Shown here: in pieces, positions 23,331 through 38,352 of the stretch
How positions within the stretch are numbered: position 1 is the first letter of the stretch
Layout of the letters: every line of letters begins with the position of its first letter
Assembly: GCA_963664015.2 (NCBI GenBank)
Contig: CAXXLF010000002.1
Coordinates: forward strand, 2,080,001 to 2,144,000
Source: Candidatus Binatia bacterium
GTDB lineage: Bacteria > Desulfobacterota > Binatia > UBA9968 > CAXXLF01
Direction: 5' to 3'
DNA length: 64,000 nt
Notes under the pieces: generated by a model
What the model was told of the DNA's origin: nothing
The model's input: the letters and a program-made list of their open reading frames with translations, nothing else
Databases searched by the model: none
Position numbers and translations under genes: made by a program

Positions 23331-23638
23331 ATGTTATTTCTTTTCCAATCCCGCGCTGGTTTTTGCAAAATCCATCTTCACCATAATTAGCTTTTGTTTC
23401 GATAAATTGATAAGGGAATGTACTTTTAGGAACTTTTTATTGATTCTTTTCGTTATTTTTCTTTAAATGCTCCTAAGACTTCTATTTATACGCAGTTCAA
23501 TGTCTTGGAACAAGTATCGACCCCGTGTGGCTTTCAACCTTTGTGAGATGAGAGAATCGGGGTCTGCTACTGCTTTTTTTCGTTCAACGCGGGTCATGGT
23601 TATGATGAAGGCACGGCGACATGGAAGGAGAAAGAGAG

Positions 23639-24963
23639 ATGTCTGAGACATTGGATCAACTGATTGTGCGGGCCAATTCGGTTTTGGAAGGGAATTGGCT
23701 AGGTCAATCGACCAAGCCGTCGCCACACCTCTATCCCCATCAGTGGAATTGGGATACAGGGTTCATCGCCATTGGATACGCGCGCTACGATCAGGGCCGC
23801 GCACAGCAGGAGCTCTCCTCGCTCTTTGCCGCTCAATGGGGCAATGGGATGCTTCCTCAAATTGTTTTCAACTCGGAAGCCCTAGAGGGCTATTTCCCCG
23901 AGCCCGACTTCTGGCAAGGGGAGCGTTCCGTTCATTATCCCAAAAACGTGCTCACCTCGGGGATTACCATGCCTCCGGTCCATGCCATGGCTGCTCTTCG
24001 CGTCTTGTATCATGCAACTGACGAAAATGGTGCTTGAGAATGGTTGAAAAATCTTTACCCCAACATTTTGAAATTGCACGAGTATTTTTACCGGGATCGA
24101 GATCCAGACAGAGAAGGTCTCGTTTGTATTCGTCACCCGTGGGAGTCGGGCTTGGACAACGCCCCGACCTGTGACCCTCCCTTGAGTGCCATGAAGGTCG
24201 ACAAAAGGCACTACCGCCTTACCAGTGGTAGGACTTAAATAAGGGCATTCCAAAATCCCAACGACCATCGGATGACGACTACGACCGGTATGTGTTCCTG
24301 GTAGATCTTTCCAGAAGGTTGAACTACGACGAAGCGGCCATCTACGAGAAGTCCCCATTCCTGATACAAGACCCGCTGCTGAACAGCATTCTCTGCAAGA
24401 GCAACGAGAACCTAACCGAGATTGGGAAGACCTTGGGAAAAGATACTGGCCAGATCCAGGAATGGTATGATCAGACAACGAAGCCCCTGCGGGGTAAGCT
24501 CTGGCACGCTGACCATGGAGGGTCTGACGTTTTTGATCTACGCGCCGGGGAGCCCATCGGGACATTGACTGCAGCTGGATTTATGCCCCTGCTTTGCGGG
24601 GGCCCCAGTGCTGCACAGGCCAAGGTCATGTACAAATATATTGAGTCCCGGGCCTTTTGCCGTATGGATGATCACCGCTGTTTTTCAATTCCCAACTATA
24701 ACCTGGACGGCGATTCCCTGGACACCTCCAATTATTGGAGGGGGCCGGTTTGGATCAACACCAATTGCTTGTTGTTGCAAGGCTTACGCCGATATGGATT
24801 TCACGAGAAGGCGGAAAGCGTGCGCCGCGACATGATCACGCTAATCGAACGCTGCGGGTTTCCCGAGTACTTCGACCCCTATAAAGGTTCAGGCTACGGT
24901 ACCGATAACTCTTCATGGACCGCGGCACTCTTTCTCGATGTCGCCCTTGAGGAAGTCAAGTGA
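23639..24963 (+). pseudogene. GH63/MGH1-like glycoside hydrolase (glucosyl/mannosylglycerate hydrolase-like), disrupted
   Basis: LYPHQWNWD, TSGITMPP, HPWESGLDN, YWRGPVWIN, EYFDP, SWTAA; TGA at 24035 and frameshift at about 24215-24240. Confidence 0.88.
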
Positions 24964-24984
24964 CATCTTAGCTGGACGGCTGAA

Positions 24985-26187
24985 CTAGTTGTCAGCATTC
25001 CGTGGGGGCTTCTCTCGGTGCAAACCGGTTGTGAGTATTACCAGGATGGCGATGAGCGGTGACAACGCCGAAAACCCGAAGGTCGTGGGTAGGCTGAACC
25101 TCTGGGCGATAAAGCCCAACACCAGCGGACCCGTGGCGTGCCCGAGGTCGTAGAGGACCAGGTTGGTGGCGTTGGCGGAACCCCAACGGTTGCGCGGCAC
25201 ACGGTCGAGGATCATGGCGCGTATGGCCGGTTGTGCCGTACCGAATCCGACCGCCCAAAAAAACGCTGCCAGCGGCAGTGTCCATATACTCTCAGTGAAA
25301 GCGAGGGTCAGCGCAGCCAACGTAACAGCGATGAGACCGGGAATTAAAAGCATACCGCGTCGCGGCAGCCGGTCGCTTAGACGACCCATGACAGGGCGCA
25401 TGATCATGAGCATCAATGCAATGGCGACGAAGAAAACGATGGCACTGCCAATATTGCGCTCTTTCGCGTCGATGGGAACGAAGGTGATCATACCGCTCAC
25501 GACGAAATTCATCAGTGCACTGATGCAAGCGGGAACAAGGGCACGGGGTTCGATGAGTCCCCTGACCGACCAGGTCCGGGCTCCTGCCGTAGGCACATAA
25601 GGACTCTGCACCCTTGAGGCGACGGCTAACCCTGCGAGGGCCAGTACCGTAGATAGGCCAAAGGAGGCCCCAAATCCGATATCCTCTGCAAGGTAGAGCC
25701 CCATGGCTGGCCCGATGGCGATTCCAAGGTTACGGATCGTGCTCGAATACCCTAGACCCTCGCCACGACGGGACGCCGGGATCAGTTCCGACGTAATCGT
25801 GTCGGTTGCAGGGGGTAGCCCACTCCATCCAATACCCTGCAGAATTCGGACGCCAATTAGTGCTGAAATAGTCAGACCCACCGGCAGGACGGCTCCACCC
25901 ACTGCAAACAGGGCGATGGAAGTTATGAGGACAGTTTTGCGGCCGAGTGTATCCATCGCCAGGCCCGACAGGGGCCGCAGGATAATGGCAGTGAACACGA
26001 ACACGCTAGCCACGATTCCTACCATGGATTTGTTACCGCCTACGGAAGCTACGTATAGAGAAATGACCGGTCTCAGCATCTGAGAGCTGGCGAAGACTAC
26101 GAAATCAGTGGCCAGGATCTGTAAAAGCGCTGAGGTCCAGAGGGGCTGCTGAATTTTGGAGGTGGGGGTCGTGTTCAAGTTGCTCAT
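24985..26187 (-). CDS. MFS transporter
   Basis: About 12 hydrophobic segments, D.LGRK motif, RILQGIG, GRLSDR. Confidence 0.9.
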   Translation of the reverse strand: MSNLNTTPTSKIQQPLWTSALLQILATDFVVFASSQMLRPVISLYVASVGGNKSMVGIVASVFVFTAIILRPLSGLAMDTLGRKTVLITSIALFAVGGAVLPVGLTISALIGVRILQGIGWSGLPPATDTITSELIPASRRGEGLGYSSTIRNLGIAIGPAMGLYLAEDIGFGASFGLSTVLALAGLAVASRVQSPYVPTAGARTWSVRGLIEPRALVPACISALMNFVVSGMITFVPIDAKERNIGSAIVFFVAIALMLMIMRPVMGRLSDRLPRRGMLLIPGLIAVTLAALTLAFTESIWTLPLAAFFWAVGFGTAQPAIRAMILDRVPRNRWGSANATNLVLYDLGHATGPLVLGFIAQRFSLPTTFGFSALSPLIAILVILTTGLHREKPPRNADN

Positions 26188-26749
26188 ATATCCAGTATAA
26201 CCGGACTGTATCAACCAATCGTCTATCTCTGTTCGGGTCGATTTAGGTTTACATTGAGATGGAACGAAAGGGAATACCTACACACAATACCATTCCTACT
26301 ATCATTCAATCTCCTACCTTCGCGGCATTGGAACTGTTAGCCGATTTAGCGAAGGTTCCTCTGACCTATTGCTCTTCGTTGCTGTTCTGCCACTGAGACG
26401 GGTTCGTCACCGATGAACCCAATGATCAACTGGCTTGCGGAATAAAAAGGGGGTAACTCTTTTTGTCGACCATTTGCCGCTTAGCCTCGCTCACCCTACT
26501 GTGGACCCATTGGATGGGATGGTGCCTTTGTTCGTAAATCGAGATTTTCCATAGCTTCGCATCGGAAAAGTCAGCCAGAGTAAGCTCCTTACTGACGAGG
26601 TACGGTTGACTCCACAGGTGCCCGTTGAAAATGCCCACTAAGCCGTGAAACAGCCCTTCGCCTGTTTATATCTCGCTTAGGTCTGGACCCCTAACTTTAA
26701 TGATACGATAGGACAGTCAAAGGGGGAGCCCATAAAAAATGTGACGGTG

Positions 26750-26777
26750 GGAACCTTTCTCCCCTGGGCGCTGTTTA
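26750..26777 (+). promoter_or_regulatory. Candidate ECF-sigma promoter
   Basis: GGAACC-17nt-GTTTA about 60 nt upstream of the 26837 start. Confidence 0.4.
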
Positions 26778-26836
26778 GTTATTCTGAAGGTCATATGAGG
26801 TCCCATAAGTCGTAGTCAATTTTAAGGAGGGTTTCT

Positions 26837-27124
26837 ATGAAAAATAAAGTTTTGGGGTCTTTAGTTCTGTTAGCGGTTCTTACGGTCCCTACTCAAGTCA
26901 TCGTAGCCCAACATGCGTCGAATGAGTTACGAAAAACTCAGGCGGCACTTACCGCTTGCAACGCAATGCTTGGCAATACCATAGCGAAAGTGATGTCTGC
27001 GATGCCTAAATTGAAGCCTGAGCAGCAGAAGCAAGTGAGGCAGTGGGTTCAATCGCTTGAAAGCGAAGTTAGGGCGCTCGATGACTGGGTCAGTGACCTC
27101 GACAGCGCAATCGACAAGAATTGA
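26837..27124 (+). CDS. Small secreted helical hypothetical protein
   Basis: AAGGAGG RBS, Sec-type signal peptide, amphipathic helices, downstream hairpin. Confidence 0.75.
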   Translation: MKNKVLGSLVLLAVLTVPTQVIVAQHASNELRKTQAALTACNAMLGNTIAKVMSAMPKLKPEQQKQVRQWVQSLESEVRALDDWVSDLDSAIDKN

Positions 27125-27159
27125 TCGTGAATTAAAGTAGCGACCTTGTGGTAGCCTTA

Positions 27160-27195
27160 GGGGATGGCGAGCCTTACAACAGGTTCCCCGTCCCC
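27160..27195 (+). terminator. GC-rich hairpin after the 26837 gene
   Basis: GGGGATGG...CCGTCCCC stem; no clear U-tract. Confidence 0.4.
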
Positions 27196-27323
27196 TCCAT
27201 CCTGGCTCACCATGGTAGGGTTGTTGGCCTTTAACCGTTATAGGACCCGATGCTTGAGATATATCCCAGGTGAATTCATTGATCTACGAGCCTGAATGTT
27301 GAGAAGGAAGAAGCATCCGGCCC

Positions 27324-28118
27324 ATGCAGAAGACGTCTCTTCGGATATTTTGGTTCATTTCAGTAACATTCTTTCTGGTAATCCATTCCCCCCGAGTTGG
27401 CTTCACGCAAAACAGTGATGAATTCAAAGAAGTGCAAAAGGAGTGAGAAATCATCCGAAAAGAAATCGAAGCGCTCAAAGGAGGCCAGACTACACTCGGG
27501 CAGGATCACGAAACGTTACGACAAGAGATAAGAAGTTCTGACGCGGTTGTCCTGAATTATAGAGATGATCGCGTTAAGGGAAATAAAGAGGCTAAGGTAA
27601 CGATCATCGAGTTCTCTGACTATGGGTGACCGTTTTGTACCCGCCATGTCCGTGAGACATGGCCACGGATCGAGAAGGACTACGTTAGGAATGGGAAGGT
27701 TAAATACATTGGGATGGACTTTCCGCTGGCATTTCACAAGGATGCCTTTAAAGCCCATGAGGCTGCCAATTGCGCGGGCGAGCAGATGAAATACCGGGAA
27801 AGGCACAATCGAATCTACACTAAAAAGGGCTTGACCGCTCCCCAATGCAATGATTTATTGGGGCACGCTGCAGCAATTGGGTTAGACTTTCTTACCTTCA
27901 AGCAATGCGTCGATAGAGGACGAGGGGCTGCTGAAATCCATAAAGACATCGAGGATGGGGAAGCGGCCGGGGGTAAGGCGACCCCTCCCTCTTCCTTAGG
28001 GCTCACGAAGCCGAACGATTCGACTCTGGTGGTTCTCAAGGCATTGGAAGGATCCTTGCCCCATTCTACTTTTAAGGAAGTCTTTGAGGAACTGCTCCGT
28101 GCGGCCCCCCGGAAATAG
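27324..28118 (+). pseudogene. DsbA-family thiol-disulfide oxidoreductase with UxxC (selenocysteine) active site, decaying
   Basis: One frame from ATG 27324: hydrophobic N-terminus, coiled coil, KGNKEAKVTIIEFSDYG-TGA(27627)-PFC, DFPLAFH, AHEAANCAGEQ; a second TGA at 27444 looks like nonsense. Confidence 0.8.
27627..27668 (+). promoter_or_regulatory. Bacterial SECIS-like element
   Basis: Perfect 8-bp stem GCCATGTC/GACATGGC, loop CGTGA starting 21 nt after the UGA, lower pairing CCGT/ACGG. Confidence 0.72.
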
Positions 28119-28314
28119 GCAACGGACACTGGGCCTGTGGAGCAGTCATCGGCCATGAGGAACATGTCGGAAACGCACCATTAGGGGTCGTCGGACCTTG
28201 TGGCGGTTGCTCATTAGCTTGCTGCCCCAAAATCTGTCGACTAAACCCCTGAGCTTTCGGAAGACAAAACTTGCAAGAAGATCTCAAACGCCCAGCTGAT
28301 AGGTTCGCTCTTAC

Positions 28315-28824
28315 ATGGCGATGCCCATGTTTAATGAAGTGCCCGTTGGCTCGCTATCGACAGTGCGAATTAATAAAATCCGATCCAGGTGGGGCCTTAT
28401 CCCTGTGCTATTTTTATTCTGCATCGTTTCGTGTAGCACTAAGAATAACATTCTGAAAATAAACTTCCTGAACCATTTCAGTCTCGCGCTACACATTCAC
28501 CCTACTCTGGAGATTGCGATTCTCAGTGAAAAACGGGTTATCCCGGCCAATATCGGAATATCAAATAGAGGTTTGCGGGTCATCCATGCCCATCACCCGG
28601 ATGGCGTGGTTCACGCGGGGTCACCTGTGCCGCACCAATTTGTGCTGGCGGATTTCTTTGCTATTTGGGGTAAGACGTTGACGCGTGAGTGCGTCTTTGA
28701 GTACTGTGTTGACGGTGATCATGTTCTCGAGATGCTCGTAAAGGACGAGCGATCAGATTTGTTTGGGACCCTTCCCTTGAGGGAGCAAGACCGAATAAAA
28801 ATCGTTTATCGAAAAAAACAATAA
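28315..28824 (+). CDS. Hypothetical exported protein with His-rich motifs (start uncertain, possibly degenerate)
   Basis: Lipoprotein-like IVSC; HIHPTLEI, IPANIGI, IHAH...GVVH, LADFFAIWG. Confidence 0.6.
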   Translation: MAMPMFNEVPVGSLSTVRINKIRSRWGLIPVLFLFCIVSCSTKNNILKINFLNHFSLALHIHPTLEIAILSEKRVIPANIGISNRGLRVIHAHHPDGVVHAGSPVPHQFVLADFFAIWGKTLTRECVFEYCVDGDHVLEMLVKDERSDLFGTLPLREQDRIKIVYRKKQ

Positions 28825-28875
28825 GGGGTTTACACGTTCGACGCTTAGTTTAGGTAGGACGAATATTCCCTCAAG

Positions 28876-29454
28876 ATTAGGACCTATCTTAAAGGTCGCG
28901 TCGTGGGATTATTGACCGCAGCGGTCCTGTGTCTGCTTACCATTACAAAGGTCTTCTCCGATTAACATGGGCCACCTGTGACCTCCGGTGAGGATCTTTT
29001 TGAGCGGCTAAAGATCGTAAAGGAAGCGACTCGTGTGGCCTCGCCGGATTTCACCTTGAAGGGTATTGATGGGAAGCCTGTGACGCTTGGAGAGTTTAAA
29101 GGTAAGGTCGTCTTTATCAATTTTTGGGCGACTTGGTGTCCGCCCTGTGTTATCGAGATGCCCCAGATGGGAATGGTCAATCGGGAATTCCATAGCAAGG
29201 GCCTGGTTATTCTGGCGGTCAATTATCGCGAAGGCGTCAAGAACGTCAAAGCTTTTGTTGAGTCTCATAAACTTATTTTCAGAAACCTTTTGGAACCCAG
29301 AGGGACGGTCTCCAGTCTCTACATGGCCTGGGCCCTGCCGGTCACGGTTATTGTCAATAAGAGAGGGGGAAAGGTCGGACTGGTTATCGGTTATCAGGAT
29401 TGGGACACTCCGGAGCCCAGGGCGTTTGTCCGTCAATTGTTAGAGGAGCAATAA
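28876..29454 (+). pseudogene. TlpA/ResA-like disulfide reductase, N-terminal anchor cut off by a stop
   Basis: INFWATWCPPC..EMP, ALPVT; in-frame TAA at 28963 separates the hydrophobic VVGLLTAAVLCLL segment. Confidence 0.75.
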
Positions 29455-29493
29455 CAGATTTCGAGACGGTAAAGTCGCTACTTCGGATTTATT

Positions 29494-30327
29494 TTAACGA
29501 AAGACTTGGTTTAAGCTTTCCATCAGGTCGCCCGGTAGCCTCCAGCCGGATGCGTGGCAGTTTTCCACCACACGCTCGACTCGGTCGGATTTGGGAATGG
29601 AAACAACCGAAGGACGTGCGTTGCACCAGTTCAAGGCCACCTGGGCCATGGTCTTTCCGGTATCCTTGGCAATCTTCTGAAGCTCGCCCATGGCTCGTCT
29701 GTTCTTGATCATTGGCTTCGTTGCGAGCCGCCCACGGGCCAGTGGGCTGTACGCAATGACGGTGATGCGGTTTTGCTCGCAGTAGGGTATTAAGTCTTCT
29801 TTGATCTCCCGGTCCAGCAGGCTGTACTCGACCTGATTGGCGGCGATTGAATATCGATCCATGGAGTGCTGAGCCTCTCGTAACTCTTCGACGGAAAAAT
29901 TGCTAACCCCGATGAACCTCACCTTGCCCTGATCGACGAGTGCCTCCATAGCCCCCATGGTCTCGCCAATGGGAATCCTGGGATTGGGCCAGTGGAGTTG
30001 ATAGAGGTCGATGGTATCAGTCTCCAGCCGCTTGAGGCTCTTTTCTGCGGCCTTTATGACGTCGTTGCGTCGAAGGTTGTTTCCGGAGACCTTGGTGGCG
30101 ATAAAGACCGTATCACGCTGTCCCTTCACCGCCTTGCCGACCCATCCCTCGGTGCCGTACATCTCCGCCGTGTCGATGAAACAGGCCCCGAGGGATATGC
30201 CTTTTCTTAACGGTTCCGTACCGCCGCCGTATTGCCATGTCCCGAGTCCGATTTCGGGCAGCTTGATTCCCGTTGAACTAAGCTCCTTGAGAACTATGGG
30301 GGGGCTATTCACTGATGTGGGTTTCAA
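29494..30327 (-). CDS. Aldo/keto reductase
   Basis: IGLGTW, IDTAEMYG, IATKV, DLYQLHWP, IGVSNF, AYSPLA, IPKS. Confidence 0.93.
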   Translation of the reverse strand: MKPTSVNSPPIVLKELSSTGIKLPEIGLGTWQYGGGTEPLRKGISLGACFIDTAEMYGTEGWVGKAVKGQRDTVFIATKVSGNNLRRNDVIKAAEKSLKRLETDTIDLYQLHWPNPRIPIGETMGAMEALVDQGKVRFIGVSNFSVEELREAQHSMDRYSIAANQVEYSLLDREIKEDLIPYCEQNRITVIAYSPLARGRLATKPMIKNRRAMGELQKIAKDTGKTMAQVALNWCNARPSVVSIPKSDRVERVVENCHASGWRLPGDLMESLNQVFR

Positions 30328-30332
30328 GCAGA

Positions 30333-35996
<5,664 letters not shown>

Positions 35997-36049
35997 ATCA
36001 CCAACCCACGGGACACGAATCGGATTGGAACCACGACGAAGGATGCCGT

Positions 36050-36292
36050 CTATTGGAGGCGGTATCGTTCCACCAGGATGCGGCGAAAGCGGGAGCCATA
36101 GATCAGGTCAAAAGTATCTGCATTTTCGGGAAAGAGCTTCAAGGCCTTGGCCCTGGTCTGGGCAATGAGCTTCTGGGCGTCGCCCAGCGTGAGGTTGGCC
36201 TGAGACAGAAGGGCAACTGTGAGGTTGGTGATCCCCTTGAGCTTTTGCAGCCTGGCCTCCTCGAGTCTTAATGGTTCGTTGTTCCGATCCAT
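36050..36292 (-). CDS. Small helical hypothetical protein
   Basis: 80 aa, co-oriented upstream of uvrA; LFP....FDLIY..RF.R. Confidence 0.7.
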   Translation of the reverse strand: MDRNNEPLRLEEARLQKLKGITNLTVALLSQANLTLGDAQKLIAQTRAKALKLFPENADTFDLIYGSRFRRILVERYRLQ

Positions 36293-36478
36293 AAGCTAAG
36301 CAGCAATCTCTATCATATGCTCCAGAGTAGTCAATATCTCAGTAGTCTCGCCACGGGGGTCCCGGGAGATCGTCCATGAATTTTCTTAATTGTTTCGAGC
36401 TCCTGGCTTGCCGGGGCGGGCTATGAAGCCTGCGGGACAAGGAGTGCGTTGGGGACGGACCTTGCTTATTCCCGCTTA

Positions 36479-36778
36479 TTATCCGATCCCCAGTTTCCCC
36501 TTGGCCTCATCGCTGATCCTGCTTGGATCCCAGGGTGGGTCCCATACAATGTCAACGTTAGCTTCGCTAACTCCGGGTAGTTCAAGAATCTTCTGCTGCG
36601 CTTCCGAGGCTATCATCGGCCCCATGCCGCAACCGGCGGCTGTCAGGGTCATCTTAACGTTGACCTTGTCGTCGGTCACATCGACATCATAGATTAGGCC
36701 TAAATCCACGATATTCACCGGGATCTCCGGGTCATAACAGGTATGCAGTACCTCGAATACTTGCTCCTTTGTTACCAT
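36479..36778 (-). CDS. Fe-S assembly factor, DUF59/SufT-like
   Basis: DPEIPVNIVDLGLIY, MTLTAAGC, VWDPPW. Confidence 0.92.
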   Translation of the reverse strand: MVTKEQVFEVLHTCYDPEIPVNIVDLGLIYDVDVTDDKVNVKMTLTAAGCGMGPMIASEAQQKILELPGVSEANVDIVWDPPWDPSRISDEAKGKLGIG

Positions 36779-36802
36779 TTTGTTGACTCCTTTCGATTTT
36801 AT

Positions 36803-37132
36803 CTACGTAGACCCGGCATGGCTCGGTTCGCACTGGAGGCATTGGCAGAGGGAACGCAGGTAGTCGAAGGTATAGATGCCCGTGTTGTGTCCGTCTGCCC
36901 ACCGGAACTCGATAGCGTAATTACCGATGGCGCGTATCTCTTCGAGCTTTGCCTCCTTGACCGGGGTGAACTTCTTCTCATCACTGGCTCCATGGCCTTG
37001 GCACTGTGCGCAAGGGCAATAGCCACGAAGATACGTCTGGGGGTATTCCCAGATGTGGCCATCATTCCACGTGATTCGGATTTGCTCCTCGGCTTGGATA
37101 TGGTTGATCTCAATTGGAACCGGTTTGTTCAT
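36803..37132 (-). CDS. DUF971 domain protein
   Basis: W.DGH, LRGYCPCAQC, GNYAI..W.DGH.TGIY.FDYL. Confidence 0.9.
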   Translation of the reverse strand: MNKPVPIEINHIQAEEQIRITWNDGHIWEYPQTYLRGYCPCAQCQGHGASDEKKFTPVKEAKLEEIRAIGNYAIEFRWADGHNTGIYTFDYLRSLCQCLQCEPSHAGST

Positions 37133-37140
37133 TGTGGAAA

Positions 37141-38241
37141 CTAGCTTGAAACGATTTTAAGTGATTCGGTTTGCTGCCCGGCCTCGGAAGCCACGGAGAG
37201 TTGTCCGGCGAGTTTTGCGGCGATGTCCAGAAAGACCTTTCCGATCTCGGAGTCGGGATCCTGGATCAGTATGGGAACCCCCGCATCACCTCCTGCCCTG
37301 ATGGAAGGGGTGATGGGCACCGCGCCCAGAAAGGGGATCTTGAATCCGGCAGCAGCCTTTTCGGCCCCACCCCGGGAGAAGATGTCATGTTCCTTGTTGC
37401 AGCCGTCGCAGATGAAGTAGCTCATGTTTTCAATCAGTCCCACGATGGGAATCATAACCTTGTCAAACATGCTCTTGGCCCGAACCACATCGGCAAGCGC
37501 CACCTCTTGGGGGGTGGCTACAAGGACAGCCCCGCTGACTTTGAGCTGTTGGGAAAAGGTGATCTGTACGTCTCCGGTCCCCGGGGGCATGTCCACGACC
37601 AGGTAGTCAAGATCCCCCCAGTGAGCATCGCCCATCAATTGGTGCAATGCCTTGCCTAGCATGGGTCCACGCCATATGACTGCTTGGTCCGGCTCGAGAA
37701 AAAATCCGATGGACATAATCGGTAAACCGTGAGCGATGGGCGGGCTAAGCTTCACGGCGCCGTTGACGGTGATTTTCTTAGGGCCTTCCTTGATCCCCAT
37801 AAGGATCGGGATGGAAGGCCCGTAGATGTCTGCATCCAAGAGTCCGGTGGCAGCTCCGTGCCGACTCAGGGCGACGGCCAGATTAGCGGCCACCGTCGAT
37901 TTACCGACTCCACCCTTACCCGAGGCTATAAGGATGATGTTTTTCACGGTAGGAAGGAGGTCTGTGGAACCTGCTCCGACCTTGCTGCCACGCACCTGGG
38001 AACCAAACGAAATATCAAGGTTGGTTACCCCTTCCAGGTGAGCGAGGGCCTTTTTGCAGTCATCTTGGATCCGATCCTTAAGAGGACATGCCGGTGTTGT
38101 AAGCTCGACGGTGAACGAGACGGTTCCGTTATTCACTCCGAGATCTTTCACCATTCCCAAGCTCACAATATCCTTGTGGATTTCCGGGTCCTGAACACTC
38201 TTCAGCGCCTCCAGGACCAGCTCATTGGTTAACGTGGACAT
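37141..38241 (-). CDS. mrp: Mrp/ApbC/NBP35 Fe-S carrier ATPase with N-terminal DUF59
   Basis: DPEIHKDIV..TTPACP, SGKGGVGKST, DADIYGPS, WRGPM, DMPPGTGD, ENMS..CDGC. Confidence 0.94.
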   Translation of the reverse strand: MSTLTNELVLEALKSVQDPEIHKDIVSLGMVKDLGVNNGTVSFTVELTTPACPLKDRIQDDCKKALAHLEGVTNLDISFGSQVRGSKVGAGSTDLLPTVKNIILIASGKGGVGKSTVAANLAVALSRHGAATGLLDADIYGPSIPILMGIKEGPKKITVNGAVKLSPPIAHGLPIMSIGFFLEPDQAVIWRGPMLGKALHQLMGDAHWGDLDYLVVDMPPGTGDVQITFSQQLKVSGAVLVATPQEVALADVVRAKSMFDKVMIPIVGLIENMSYFICDGCNKEHDIFSRGGAEKAAAGFKIPFLGAVPITPSIRAGGDAGVPILIQDPDSEIGKVFLDIAAKLAGQLSVASEAGQQTESLKIVSS

Positions 38242-38289
38242 CTTTCTTTCCTTTCGGGCAAACTTATTGAAAAAACCCCGCATCAGGAT

Positions 38290-38319
38290 AATATAGACTC
38301 CTAAGGTCTGAATAGTCAA
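38290..38319 (-). promoter_or_regulatory. Probable sigma70 promoter of the mrp operon
   Basis: TTGACT-18nt-TATATT on the minus strand. Confidence 0.5.
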
Positions 38320-38352
38320 CCCCGCTTACGGAGCTAGAAGCCCTACGATGGA

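Noticed and set aside
24035-24037. TGA in the GH63 gene as selenocysteine
   Set aside because: Not at a Cys position, no downstream hairpin seen, and the gene is also frameshifted
27444-27446. Second TGA in the DsbA gene as another Sec
   Set aside because: It lies in a coiled coil where Leu fits and has no SECIS-like stem after it
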